The position numbers were made by a program, and so were the translations under genes. The notes under the pieces are model-generated. The model was not told the origin of the DNA, searched no databases, and saw only the letters and a list, made by a program, of their open reading frames with translations. From Tubulanus polymorphus (lineage: Eukaryota; Animalia; Nemertea), in contig NC_134027.1 of NCBI RefSeq assembly GCF_964204645.1, forward strand, positions 17,198,560-17,262,559: 64,000 nucleotides of DNA, given 5' to 3'. Shown here in pieces: positions 1 through 13,400 of this stretch. How positions within the stretch are numbered: position 1 is the stretch's first letter; every line of letters starts with the position of its first letter.

Positions 1-319
1 TATCAGAAAATGTAGTAAAAGGTTATAGTAAATTATGTTAATATATACTACCAATCGAAGATGAAAATAGATTATATTCCGATTTAAAAAATGATTATTT
101 ATTTATGACTGAATTAAACAAATGGATTGGATATTTATCATTTCAATTAGGTGGATTTATGACATTATTATCAACTGGAGTTATAACATTTTCAAATATT
201 GAAAGTAATAATTTTTCTATAATAAATGAGCAAGGTGGAAGAAGTGAAGAAAAAACCGAGAACTCCGAAACAAATTGAATGGTCTCGGCAATTAGGAATT
301 AAATCACAAGAATATAAAA

Positions 320-3300
320 TAATAATAATGATAATAATCTTTATTTTTCAAAGAAATTGAAACAATTTATAACATGATATCCATACATTAATATAAATAA
401 GTATAAAATGTGCCAATATCAAATGAAGGAACCCAGTGAAGCAAATGCTTGTAGATCTGGGCACCCACTCTACACACATTCATTCTTCACAAGCATGCAG
501 ACATTCACAGATTCACACACAACATACCAGTACAGTAAACATGGCTCAGATAAATGATTGTTTGAAATTCAGTATTTTAAGAGTTTATTGCTTTTAAATG
601 ATTGTTTGAGGGAATTTAGTGATTTTTTTTATTTGAGGTTGTAATTGGAGTTTTGCCACATTATTGGAATTAAATTGAGGAAACTTTTATTATAAATGCT
701 TTTCTTATGGTGAGCGTTTCGGGGATGATTGTGCTGACGAGTATTGTACTGATGATATACCGAATTCTTTTGAAATAAGTCTATGATCGGTGCTGGTAGT
801 TCATTGTTGATAAGCTGATATGCGTGTCTAAGTATTTCTAACTGGATCATATCTTGGAATTTTAGAATTTTTAATTTGCGAAAGATTGGATCTGTGGGGC
901 TATTGTATGCTGATTTAGAAATAATTCGAACGGCTTTTTTCTGTAATTTTTCTAATCTGGACAGGTTTCTTTTTAAGATAAGAGGGCCCCATGAGATGAG
1001 TGAGTACGTAAAATGGCAATGGATATAACTGAAATAAAGTTGTCTTAAACAATATGTAGGTACTAAATGTTTAACAGAGTTAATCAAATAAATTTGACTG
1101 GCTATTTTGGTGCAGATTTTACTAATGTGTAAATTGAAATCAAGAAACTCGTATCAATGTAATCCAAGGAAGCATGTTGATGATACTAAATTAAGTTCCT
1201 TGTTGTCTACTTTTATCGTATAATCTTGATTCTTAATATTTTTAATTCTATTTGGTTTAAAAAGAATTACTTTTGTTTTAGAAATGTTAACAGTTAAATT
1301 ATTAGCAGTAAACCAATCTTGTAGTATATTCAAGTCATTTTCAATGGTTTGTATCAGATAATCAATTGAGCTTCCACTAATATATACGGTCGTGTCGTCG
1401 GCGAATAAGATAGGTTTACATTTTTTCAGACACATGTATACTAAAAACAGTAATGGTCCTAATACGGAACCTTGAGGTATACCGTAGTTAATGTGTGATA
1501 TTTCAGATTGAATACTGGAGTAGTTAACATACATTGAGCGCTTTTCTAGGTAACTTTTAAACCATGACAAAACATTTCCTCTTATACCATATACATATAA
1601 TTTATGAATTAGATATTCAATATTTAGGCAATCGAATGCTTTACTCAAATCAATAAATGCGGCTAGTGTAAAACAGTTACATTCAAATGATTTTATTATA
1701 TTTCCTATTAGTTCCATGCTAGCATGGCTGGTAGCATGGCCAGTTCTAAAACCATATTGACTTTTATATAAGATAGAGTACTTATCCAAATAGCCATATA
1801 ATCGCTTGTGTATTATCTTTTCAAGAATTTTAGAGATGGTTGGCAATAGTGATATCGGTCGATAGTTTTCAAAGCTCCTTTTATCGTCTCTTTTATAGAT
1901 AGGTGTAACACTGGCTATTTTAAATGCGTCCGGGAAGATTCCAGTTTCTATTGATTTATTAAACATTGTAACAAGAGGTTTTGCAATTATGTTACCGATG
2001 TGCTTTAAAAGAATACTACTAATATTATCGTGACCCGCGGACGGTTTTGGATCAAAATTAGAAATTATTTTTTCAACTTCACTTTCATCCGTCGGAAATA
2101 AAAACAAGTTACTGCTATACATATCAGGCATATAATCTTTGAAATCTGTTCTTGGTTTTGGAAGTTTTTTTGATAACTTATGACCTACAGAACTGAAGAA
2201 TTTACAAAAACCATTACTAATGTCTTGCTTGTTATAACTTAATTTACCATTTATATTAAAGATATCAGGAATGCAATCTTTATTATTTGTTTTTCCGAGA
2301 AGATCTTTCATAGTGGACCAAAGTTTTCTACCGTTATTTCTAAAATTAGTTAATTTTTCACTGTAGAATCTTTCCTTTGCTGCTCTTTTAGCAGAATTAT
2401 AGGCGTTACGATATTTTTTATATTCAACGTAGTTCGGTTGGTTTTTATCAAGTCCGATAATACTTTTATACAACTTATTACATCTGCGGGAGCAGTTGAT
2501 GAGGCCTCGTGTCATCCAAGGCTCTATTATACTTTTATTGCGTGTAGGTAGTGAGATGATCGGTCCATAATAATCTATGATATCAGATAATTACTTATGG
2601 AAATAATTGTAACTACTATTGACATCCAGCTAGTCTAAAACTGACCAATCAGTTGCAAATAGGGCACGTTTTATATAATACACATTTTTATTGTCCAATT
2701 TTCTGCTTTTTACCTCATGTTTATCTTTAAAATTAGTTGATGCACCCGTATTGATGCTAACTAAACACGGAAGGTGATCTGACAAATCAGCCAGTAGGAT
2801 GGCAGAACTCACACCTCCTTTCATATTACTATCAACGTATACGTTGTCAATGAGCGTAGCCGTGTCGCGGGTAATGCGTGTCGGACGAACGATCGCTGGA
2901 TAAAGTCCATTTGTTAAGTTTAGATCAAAGAATTTTGCAGTATTTACATGGGTGTCCATTTTTAACAAATCAAGATTTTGGTCAGTGCCAATGATTAATC
3001 GCTTATTTTCGCTCTTTACTTTTGCAATGCAGGTTTTATAGTCACACAAAAATTGGGGTTCACTTGTACCAGGGATTCGATATACCTCTCCGATTATTAA
3101 CTTATTATTTAGCTCAACAAAGCACGACTCAAACTGTCCAGATTTGAAAATTTGCAGGTCTTTTCTTTCTGTAAATTCTAAATCCTGATGTATGAATATG
3201 GCAACACCACCACCTTGTTTGGTCTGGCGATGTTCCTCTATTAAATTATACCCTGGTATTTGAATTTTACATTTGTTATTTTCATTCATCAGTGTTTCAC

Positions 3301-3580
3301 ATATTAAAATTAGATGTAGTATACATCCTTGATCTTTTAAAATACTGACAATGTTTCTCAATTCACTTAATTTTTTTTGTAAACTATGGATATTTAATTG
3401 AAGTATATTAAGGGCTGCATTATCAGAAATTAACTCCTTTACATCATATATATCTTTATACGGATATAAATTATTTAGTGGATTTTCGCTTATATCATCA
3501 TTGAGATAGAAATCGCTATCATTTAGCACCGTTTTAATACGGTTGGCAACATCAGAGTTTCCTAAGCACATAACATGTTG
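320..3580 (-). mobile_element. 5'-truncated non-LTR retrotransposon (CR1/L2-group LINE)
   Basis: APE endonuclease + RT ORF2; (TTA)n-like tail at about 320-338; candidate TSD TAAAA at 315-319 and 3581-3585 (or 3591-3595). Confidence 0.9.
629..3571 (-). pseudogene. LINE ORF2 (APE endonuclease - reverse transcriptase - C-terminal domain) with in-frame stops
   Basis: ORFs 2630-3571, 1154-2515 and 629-1087 share one frame and are separated by stops. Motifs: LQLNIHSL, CET, GGGVAIFI, TLIDN, SDHLP; NYRPISLL, QYGFR, DLSKAFD, GIPQGSVLGPLLF, FADDT. Confidence 0.93.
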
Positions 3581-3989
3581 TAAAAAGCTGTAAAAGAAAA
3601 AATTAGTAATAAAAATGGTGAAAACATTGTTATTTCTACTCCTTCTAATAATAGAATATTTGATAAATATCTATATTTTATAGCTGGATTTGTAATTGTA
3701 TTCATTATGATTGGGTGCAATTGGTATAAGAAATCAAATAAAATTTATGATATTTATGATTCTGAAACTACTGCTATTAAAAATGAAAATACTTCTGAAA
3801 TTCCAAAATTGACAATAAAAAAATGGATTAATATTTTAGAAAAAAAACCAAAAAAATAAGTTTTTTAAATTAATTGAATATCACCATGTGGGAAATGAAA
3901 GTGATGAGGGGTGTCTCGACCTCACGACGTCTGGTATGAAAGCCTACTTTTCCCATTACTTACGACAACAGAGTTTGTGTAATTTAAGG

Positions 3990-4650
3990 AGTTTTTAATT
4001 TTGTAAGGAGAGAATCCGTTAACCAGGGAATGTTTTATATTATTTCTTTATAATATGAGTACATATGAAATATATATGTTTAAAACTGCAATTCAATTCA
4101 ATGTTATCTTTATTGCACCGCAATAAATCGATAGATCGTCAGCCGTGATGAACCCGTGGGAGGCCTTAACCCCCTCCCCCTTTCCACGAGTTATTCCAAT
4201 TGAAGTAACTATCGAAATTTTGAGAAGCTCCCTAAAGGGCTGGTTTACATTCTGTACGACTATTTATTTCGATTACTTTCTGTCCTGCCATTATTCGCAG
4301 AATGAACTGGTCCTTTGCGGATTATTGCAGCTGGTGAGAATATATTCAAACAGTGTGCAAGTGTACTTTTCAAATCAAGCTTTTTTGTCATTGGCAGTAT
4401 AAGTCGTAACTTAAGCGCAATTGTCTCAGATGCTGTAAGTACCTGACGTTTTGTGTAATTGGTTCTTTTTTTCTAATGCCCTGTTTACAATATTTGGATT
4501 AGTAATCAGTCATGCAGAATTGGATTCATTGTTATTATGGGATGATGATTCATGGGCCTAGTCCTGTGACATACCTTTGATATGAAGCCCTTATTTATCA
4601 GAGATTTGTTTTGGAGTAAACCGAATAGCCCTTAAAATACCAATGGGTAC
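3990..4650 (+). repeat. Dispersed repeat; a homologous copy at about 33360-33440 plus 37820-38250 is interrupted by Polinton B
   Basis: Shared blocks GAGAATCCGTTAACCAGGGAATG and GCAGAATTGGATTCATTGTTATTATGGGATGA...AATAGCCCTTAAAATACCAATG. Confidence 0.7.
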
Positions 4651-5821
4651 CCGCAAAACCAGCTATCCCGCCAGATGGCGTGACGAGCAGTAGGTTGTTC
4701 GTGTCAATTAACTTTGAACTGGATTTTTAGAATCCAAATATTATCGCAGAACCTATCGCAGAAATATGAAATACTTACATTCTTCTACCCAGATATCGGT
4801 ATATTTTTCATTAATAATTGATTCATTTAAGAGAAAAGCTCCTTCAGATTTAATTGAAATGTAGAAGGAAATCTTCCAGGGTGGTTGATTTTTTGAGGAG
4901 AATGTTTTCAACGGTAAAAATTCGCCAGATATTTCCGTAAATAACGTATATGCGTGTGTATGCGTATGCGGGTGAGTGGATTAAATCCTAGATGGCGAGG
5001 GGGTGAGTGTGGAGGAGGAGTGGGGTTAAGTCCAAGATGGCGTCTTTTAACGGCTATTGTGCAATCGTGATCTAGTTTGGGCGAAAGAAATTCGCAAAAA
5101 CAAATGAAAACTATAAAACGAGTTCGGGCAAGTCATTTTCTGACAATAAAAACCCGTTGTAAATCCATAAATTGGTCATTCTGCACAGAGACTTTGAACC
5201 GTCAACAACGACCTGAATCGCCATACATGATGAATTCGGCTTGTGGACAAAGTGCTTTGGAAATGTGAAACACACGCGTTCAAGCAAACTTATCGCTTCA
5301 ATCTAGAAAAAGGATACACACCCGATCGAACACACTAGCGGGGTTAGAAAAGCACATGAATATGGTATAATGATTACACAAGTATAGAGTCACGATCTAT
5401 GTTTATCTATAATAATTTCAACAAATATATACTTATATTTTAGGACTAAATAAAACGTTTATTGGCTATGAATAAAAGATGCTTATTGGTATTATTTCAT
5501 TCTGATAAAACAATCGCGTTAATCAAAGCATTTTTGTCGTTTCCCAGACCCATGATGTTGACAAAGAAAGGCAATTGAGTGATTTAGATCGGAGACTCGA
5601 TCTTGATGGGGCAAATTAGATGCGGGCATTCCAAACCAATTATACTAGACCCAATTATGCATGCATCGAAACATTGCATAAATAAGCAGCGTTATTCAGC
5701 GAATTAAAACCTTAAACGTATAACCGAGGATTTTCGGCTCAAGTAGGGTATTGCATAGTATAGTTCCTTCGCGTATGCTTACTGTGTTGTTTGGTTTATG
5801 TGTATCCCAAATAAAGTTGTC

Positions 5822-6117
5822 ATGTCGACACATTCGCATCGCCAGCCATTAACATTCCACGTGTCAACGTGTCGGCGTATCTACCAACCAAGAAATTAAC
5901 TATTAACGATCTATTAACCTAATACACCAAAACACACCACGTGACCAAACACATGATAAACCCCGTGACACCGCCAGCCATTAACACTCCGGTCAACATT
6001 CCATGTGTCAACGTGTCGACGTGTCTATCCATACACAAATATAAATTAATTATTAACGATCCATTAACACCATACACCAAACAGAACACGTGACCAAACA
6101 CATGATGAACCCGTGGC
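5822..6117. repeat. Tandem duplication, two units of about 140 bp
   Basis: CGCCAGCCATTAACA...GTCAACGTGTCG...CACGTGACCAAACACATGAT occurs twice. Confidence 0.8.
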
Positions 6118-6163
6118 AATCATACACTACATTCAATTGTTCATGCCATACCATACTATAGTC

Positions 6164-6568
6164 ATGGCCACCTCTACAGAACAAGCTCCTGGGATTGTTC
6201 AGTTCGTCACACAAGCACTTGAAACTGAAGAAAAAACAATTCTCTACATGCGGGAAAATTGACTTTTAGCAAGTTCCAAAAATTGTCAGGTGAATATATT
6301 AAAATACAAATTGCATTTCTATTTTTCTTTAGTAATTCCAGTTCTCTGATATTTGTTTCAACGCGGTTAAGCCTTCAAAATCACAGGAGATTCATTATTT
6401 ATTTTCAGCACTGTCAACGTGAGATGCGCCTCCAAAAAAACAAACGTGGGGACGGTGAAATATGGCATTGTTCACATTGCTACAGAACGACGTCGATACG
6501 TGACGGCTCTTTTTTTCAAAATCAAAAATGAAACTTTCGCAGCTGATGCTTATAGTTTACTGCTTCGG
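6164..6568 (+). pseudogene. N-terminal relic of a Merlin/ISXO2 (IS1595-like) transposase with an intron (6290-6408)
   Basis: Splicing GT(6290)..AG(6408) joins KNCQ|HCQREMRLQKNKRGDGEIWHCSHCYRTTSIRDGSFF...LSQLMLIVYCF, the zinc-ribbon/SIRxGSFF signature. One stop and one frameshift; no DDE domain seen. Confidence 0.65.
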
Positions 6569-6644
6569 TTTAGATTTACTTCTCTTGTTTGTTTGTGTTT
6601 TGTGGTCACCCGTCAACCAGTCAACCCACAATCCTTGTACATAC

Positions 6645-6835
6645 ATATGCGACGACATTGCGACGTGTCGTCCGTCGACCGTCAACCAGCGGATGATATA
6701 GGTCTATGCACTCTATCGTCTCTCATTTTTGTCACCACGATCCGTGTACATAAATTGGCGACAACATTGCATAGTGTCATCTGTCGACCGTCAACCAGCG
6801 GATGAGATATGCACTCTATCATCTCTCCAATGGGC
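6645..6835. repeat. Tandem duplication, two units of about 105 bp
   Basis: GTCGACCGTCAACCAGCGGATGA...ATGCACTCTATC occurs twice. Confidence 0.75.
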
Positions 6836-7109
6836 CAACCAACAAACAACCAACAGTAGTCAACTGTTACTAGTCGTCGGTCAACCTGTACATGGACTGT
6901 TCCTTTGCCGCGCATTAATACCCAATTATCAATGTTTTCATGCGCCAATGTATCAATGCGCTGATACATTAACCGCACAACTTACTAACTCTACGCCAAG
7001 GCACTATGCTATGCTATATCCGACTTGGGCCGGATTTTCTATGAGTAATTGCAAAATGTGGGTTTTATACCAGAGGTCAAGAGGTCGACTCGAAGTCCTA
7101 AGGTCGAGG

Positions 7110-7550
7110 TCGAGGTCGAAAATGAAGAGTAAAACTATTAATGATCTTTTTAAATAAAATGGACAAATATTAATGATTTTTGAAATAAAAAACGAGGAGT
7201 AAAAATATTAATGTTTTTGAAAATCAAAATGAGGTTCAAACGAGGAGTCAATATATTAATGTCTTTTTCAAATAAAAAACGAGGTTAAAATGAAGAGTAG
7301 AAATATTAATGATTCTTTTAAATAAAAAGTAAAAATATTAATGATTTTTTAAATTAAAAATGAGGTTAAAACGAGGAGTAAAAAAATGATGTTTTTTAAA
7401 TTAAAAACGAGGTTAAATGAGGAGTTTATAGTGTTTATGATTGTTTTAGAAAAAAGAGGACAAAACGAGGAGTAAAATATAAATGATTTTTGAAATTAAA
7501 AACGAGGACAAATCGAGGAATGAAAATAGTAATGTTTTTGAAATTAAAAA
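7110..7550. repeat. Degenerate AT-rich minisatellite (AAAACGAGGAGTAAAAATATTAATGATTTTT-like units)
   Basis: Repeated AAACGAGG/AATGAGG plus ATATTAATG motifs. Confidence 0.75.
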
Positions 7551-8182
7551 ATCCGTAGCTGTCTTATTTGATGCTGGTGGCCTGAAAAATATTGCCGTTG
7601 TATTTTCAAAACGGCATAGGAAAATATATTGTGACAGGAGCACGTCTGAATCTGCCACCGATGTCTTTATTAGATCATTTCAAAATCACTTCATATATAA
7701 AAAACAAGAAACGGAATTCTGAAAAATGGACTAATCGATGATTTATTGGTCCATTATCAAAAGTAAACGTCAATGAATATGAGTTTAAGCTTACAATTCA
7801 TAAAGATTTCATTATATATAGCTTACTCCTTATTTCAAAGAATAGAATATGCGCGTTTATCGTTGTTAACCACAGCGGGCGCAGTTGCTAGATTTGCAGT
7901 TTCCCGATGTTGAAATGTTGAACTAGGCCAGACGCGAGGGGCACTTTTAATATACATTCAAGTAGCTAACAGTAGTGAATAGATCAATATACCACATAGT
8001 AGTGAGAGCGAATTTCGATTATCAGAGTTGGCCGACAAATAGATAACTAAATTATTAAATAACCAAAGCATTCCGATAGAATTCGATAGGTGTAGCGATT
8101 TTTTACCTGCATTGAATGTTTTGAAAGTTTTTCGAAGATACTAAGCCTCGTTGGCAAGTTATTTTGTACCAAAGGAAGAAAG

Positions 8183-10839
8183 CGGTGTTGTCAGATCGCG
8201 GAATGAAGGAATCGCGGAAATTTTCAAAACCACTGAATTTCTTCACTTTCACTCTTTATAGTAACCAGGTTTTCCCACTTGGTTTCGGAAAAGGCACTGG
8301 ACAAATCAATGCACTGAGTTAGCTTCGAATCACACTATCAGCGAGCAATTTTATCTGACATTATTTTATGATACAGTTCACAGGCTGCCAGTTACCGGCT
8401 GCAACAACGGTCAGAATGTAGTCGGACAAAGAGATCGGTACCAGGGCAAACATCGGTTATCGCAGTTAATCGTCTTCTTGCGATCTTAATACTAGATTTG
8501 TGCGCGGTCGCTCTGGGTTGGGCCGTAGTTTCTGAAAATGTAGTGGCTGAAAATGTGAAATGTGCTACGACCAAACATGTACCGCGGTTCCATAAAGTGT
8601 AACAGTCACTTTTTTAAAGATTTTTTCCAACTTTTAACACTAATCGATAGATAGTAGTATACAATAAGACTAGGTGATTTTAAAATTGGAAAAATCTTTT
8701 CAATCTAGTCAGAATTTTGATGTTCGCGCACCTGTTCAGTGTACACATTGCTTCTGCTGAACGCGTGGTGCATTGTCTATTAATAAAACTACGACATTAA
8801 AGGGACGGCTTGGAGTTGATGTCTATAGAAATGAATAGGGACTTAGCTACAATAGCAATTCAACTTAATGTTATATTGGCATTCGAATTCAGACAAAATG
8901 CCTCCTGATTTTGAAAGTCTATATATCAATGATAATTATTAGCTGTTAAATGGACCACCCGTTCAAACAAAGCGCAAGAAAAATAGGATTTGAATAGCAA
9001 TCCATGGCATTTTCTGGTAGACAGTAAGGAACACGGATGTATAAATCATTGTTTTTGATTATCATTTAGTAATAGTGTGTAAGTGCATGGTTTGATTTAA
9101 TACCGAGGACATTTTTTGACTTATGAACTTACGAATCTTAGACAGAATGAGCCGCAGGAATAGGTTCAATTCCTTGGTTAAAATACACCTGCTATTGGTA
9201 GCGGCTTTGGCCACGAAATTAGAATCCCCATCCGTCCTATTTCAAAACTTAAAAAAATGTTTGTGAAAGATTGTGATGTAATCTATGTAAACTCTTCTGC
9301 AGCGTGAGACCTTAGATGATTAGATACGAATCGAAAAACATTTTCCTTTGAATATTTGTTGTTAAAGGGCTGTAGAAATTTATTGAAAGTTTTTGTAAAG
9401 TTTCGAAGTGTTAGTTTTCGAACTACTTAAATGACTATGACAAATAGTTAAATGGATATGAATTTATTTATTCTTTAGTGAGATCTATGAGTGCTTATTA
9501 GACACTGAATAGTATGCTTGTGGTGCTGAACTATAGGTTAACTATATAGCAGCAGTAACAGTGCTGAGAGCTCCGCATAGTGTACACTTTAATAGCTTCA
9601 TATCAGCGGATTGAAATCTGCATCTTCAATTTGATCGATTTCGGCTATTCAAATTATTCGTTGATTCTTTGAAATAAGTTAATGCAATAGACAATAGCTC
9701 CTTCTACCAACCTGGCCAGTTTCAAAGCTTTAAAACAATCTGGCATTGAGATATAATAGAAAATACACGCAACTTCCTCAAAATTTAACGCATTTGACGC
9801 TATTTCTCGGCTGTCCCGTTAATGACGTTGCAGCGCGCACCAGCTGGTTTAGCCGACGCTGAACATGATGTCAAAAATCATTTTACAAAATCACAAATTG
9901 CGCGTAAACTAAACATTTTGAACACAACGGTTGAAGGTGAGTGTATAGATCAACAATTTCAATCATCATATTTTGAAATTAAAAAGTATCAGTTACCGTT
10001 TGAAAATTATTTTGAAAGAAACTGCTGTCTAGTACCGATGATACATTTTTTGACCCAAGGAATAAGCACGAAGAAGCAAATGAGTAACAGCTTTCGCTTC
10101 ACAAATAACGGAGTTAAAAAGTTACCGTTTTATATGTAATCTTTAAAACCATTCAACTTTTATTAACTCTTCTAGATACACAACACTCGCATAAATCACA
10201 ATTTAGATGCACGAGGCGCATCAAAAATTCAAAGCCAGAATATATGCATTATGTGTGTATGTTTTCGTCTGACATCGTTCATTTTGGGATATTTCTCTTT
10301 ACCGTATAAAAACATACCTCAGTTTAGTCTTAATACGATCAGCGAAAGAGTGCAGTCGAAATAACCATCTTTTTATATCCATTTTACAATGCAGCATTTA
10401 TTAAATTAGTTAAAGGTTTATTAATGGTAAACATACACAGAACTCGTAGATCCGGTCTCACCTGACGCACCACTGCCTTGGGAGTAGGTCCGATGCACAA
10501 GTTACTGTGATTTGGTCAGCAGTCAATGTTGATAGATTAATTGCCTTCGTAGGTTCTCCATTTCTCGTTAGGAAGTATCGCTGATTTATTGAGTGAAGAT
10601 AGTAATAGATTATCAGATAGGCCTAACCAGGTACCGAGAATGAAAAACATGCGTCCAGTACCTTGTCCAACGAGGGGTATCGCGTGGAAAAACGTGGTTA
10701 TAATTATTATGGTATTTTAAGTGCCAGAATCCAAGTTATCAATGTCAGTGGTTACTATGTATTGTGAAAATGAAGAAATACCGTGGGTTTTTTTTCAGAA
10801 AATTCCACGATTCCGTGATTGCTCGATATGACAACACCC
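8183..10839. mobile_element. Non-autonomous Mutator-like DNA transposon
   Basis: Degenerate TIRs (GGTGTTGTCAGATCG... / ...CGATATGACAACACC, extending over 100 bp) flanked by the 9-bp direct repeat GGAAGAAAG (8174-8182, 10840-10848). Confidence 0.7.
8801..9818. mobile_element. Possible Kolobok-like MITE nested in the Mutator-like element
   Basis: TTAA|AGGGACGGC ... GGCTGTCCCG|TTAA: short imperfect TIR with a TTAA duplication. Confidence 0.45.
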
Positions 10840-12145
10840 GGAAGAAAGTACGAAACGTTCTTCATCATTGGTGCATCAACCTCATTGATAGCAACTAAAT
10901 TTTTTTGACACCATGAAATGAAATATCTGTTTCTTTAAAGTTCAAGCGCAGCCTATAATAGTTATTTTCGACGACCGATAATTTTTCAAAAATACAAAAT
11001 ATTCATTAAGTTGACAAGACCACAATGAATAGAAAAAACGAAGAGATACTTCAACGTTTTGACCCATTTTCAAAATATGTTGTGAATAAGATCATGGAAT
11101 TGAGTTGAAACGGGTTTGTCAACTTATTAATTTTAGACAGCAACCTGTCTACGGAAACCAATAATAATCATTTTTCAAATTTAAGCTTTTATGAGTGATC
11201 GACGGTTTAAAAGTACAAAATAAAATTTTCACATCTGATGGCAACATAATAAGGGCTACATGCTGAATCCTGTTTAATCATACCATATATGGCCTGCATT
11301 TTGTGCATAGTACATACATCAGTATCCGGGAAATTTCTCTTAGGGGCGTACGAAATTCTACCGATCCTAGTTAAATTTCATTTTCGTTGTTTCGTTTAGT
11401 TTTCAAACCCATACATTTGTTTAAGTTTATAAGTTCATTCATAGTTAACCCATGAAATTTGCCTTAACGATTATGCAACGGGCAATCTGATTGGGGCCGC
11501 AAGTTTTCGTGCAGCAAATCTGCGCATCTACCCGTGCACCCAGTGTATTGTTGCAGGGTTTCATTCCATGGCTGTGTCAGCAGGTTCGAATCACTGCCGA
11601 GAGAGGATGCTTTGACAATATTTTGCATTTTGTCGAGGAGAGCCAAAATTGCTGACTATTAAATCCATCAATTATATCATGATTAGCGAACTTCCCTCTA
11701 TGATGGGATAAGTTAAAGACTATAAGTAAATTCCTGCTTAATTTTGAATAGTTGAATTGTCGACGGGTAAAATAGGTCGGCAATTTCAAATCGAAGCACT
11801 CGCCTCATTATTGAAGAAAACACTTTACGAAGGAGCTATATTGACCTATTCTGGAGTTGGAAAAGCACGTTTGAATTGTCTCGGGTTTACTTTTGACTGA
11901 TTGGGCTTAATTAATATGACCTTCTAAGTTCATTTCTATGTCTTTATGAATAGATGTACAGGGTAGTTGTGATTTGTCAATGACTGATTTGAGATAAAAA
12001 GGTCCATGAGGATCTTTGATTCCATGAGAACAAACAGGATCTCTTATTCTCCTAAAGCAAGAGGAGTGAATTATTTCCCTTGTAGGCCTACGCAGCTACT
12101 GTCGTATAGTATTAGATGTAAAATTCTAGATCAATGTACACTTAC

Positions 12146-12305
12146 CGTTAATTCTTGCAACAGTGGTCAGATAGACATTAACGGATCCACTTATGTTTTC
12201 TCCGGGATTGAATATTGCCAGTGGATTGTTCAATTTTATTTCGATATTCTTAAGGCGGAGACATCGTCTTTTCACAAGAGCTGCCATCTGACACTTACAT
12301 CCCAT
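12146..12305 (-). pseudogene. First coding exon of an alpha-arrestin (arrestin-domain-containing) gene, probably a pseudogene
   Basis: IEIKLNNPLAIFNPGENISGSVNVYLTTVARIN resembles the arrestin_N start and ends at a canonical GTAAGT donor (12145). Downstream, 11600-11940 shows only frameshifted arrestin-like remnants (FDLKLPTY.PST). Confidence 0.55.
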
Positions 12306-12995
12306 TTTTGGCCTGATATTGCAGTTTATTCGGATAATGTGAGGGCCTGGTGTAGTGCTGTGCACGCGCAGATACACAGACTGAGTGAATCATTTGCGCT
12401 CGGTATAACAGTGAAAGATCGATAGATGCATCGGCAGAACATGCTGTTGACAGGATGATATTCACGAAAAATTACTAAGCTACATTGAGCGATAGTTAAC
12501 CACACTAACACCCTAAAGCAGTAAAAAACCAACCAAAACCACTAAAAATATTGGCCTTTGTCTGATAAAATCAAATTAAATTCTAGCAAGATTAATTGAA
12601 TTTCATTAAAGCTCGAGTCCTATACCCAGATTTATTCAGATCGATTCCATATTTGGCAGTCATTGGTCTTTTAAATCCTGAAATAATAAACAGGAACATT
12701 TTCAAGATTCGTCCCTTTGGGCGAATCTCATAAATCATTCGTCCCTTGTTAACCTATGATCGGCCTGAATATTAGTAGTTAGCCTTAAATTGAGGACTTA
12801 TTCAGCCACTCAAGCATATGCTTCGTCCTACAGCAGTCCTGTATTATGACGTCAGTTCAGACGACAAAAGCACGTGCTTTAATCTCTTACGCATAGCGTA
12901 AATACAATGCATAAAACAACACTGATTAGTGCATAATCTAACCATGGACTTCTAAACTAGATTATACTATTATCTGATGGATCTGCAGTGTGCTA

Positions 12996-13400
12996 CCCAG
13001 CAAACACGAACACTTTTTCAAAACGTTTCAAAAAAGTTTCATTTTTATTTCGGTAACGTTCTGTTGAAATGTTTCAGAAATGTTATTCTGTGAACACATT
13101 TTAACGTTTCTGAAACGTTTACACAAAACCTCAAGGAAACCTTATCAAAACCTTGAAAACCTTATGGTAGCGTTTCAAAAACGTTTATCACGTTTAGTCA
13201 TCCCTCTCCCTGAAAAGTGATAGAAACCGGTGTAACATTAAAAAAACGTTACAACAATGTTTTATCCTCAACGTTTTTCCATTCGATCCTGCATTGAAAC
13301 GATTTGAAACCTAAAAAACGCCACAAAAACGTTCGATCGACGTTTCATCCTGAACCTGCATAGATAGCCTTTGACGAAAACAAAAATAAATCATGCTACA
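12996..13400. mobile_element. One end of a CACTA/EnSpm-like non-autonomous element with AAACGTT subterminal repeats
   Basis: Starts CCCAGCAAACAC followed by many AACGTT motifs. No matching opposite end found. A direct repeat of about 22 bp (TCTGATGGATCTRCAGTGTGCT) lies at 12973 and 14008. Confidence 0.45.

Larger units (their letters stand above)
226..3831 (+). pseudogene. Polinton-family small membrane protein gene (KKPRxxKQIxWxRxLG ... TM ... MD*), split by a LINE insertion
   Basis: 226-319 reads MSKVEEVKKKPRTPKQIEWSRQLGIKSQEYK, homologous to 29999 (KKKPRSEKQIKWARELGKRSAELKK). After the LINE, 3581-3831 continues with a hydrophobic segment and ends in ATGGATTAA, as the 30453 copy does. Confidence 0.7.
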
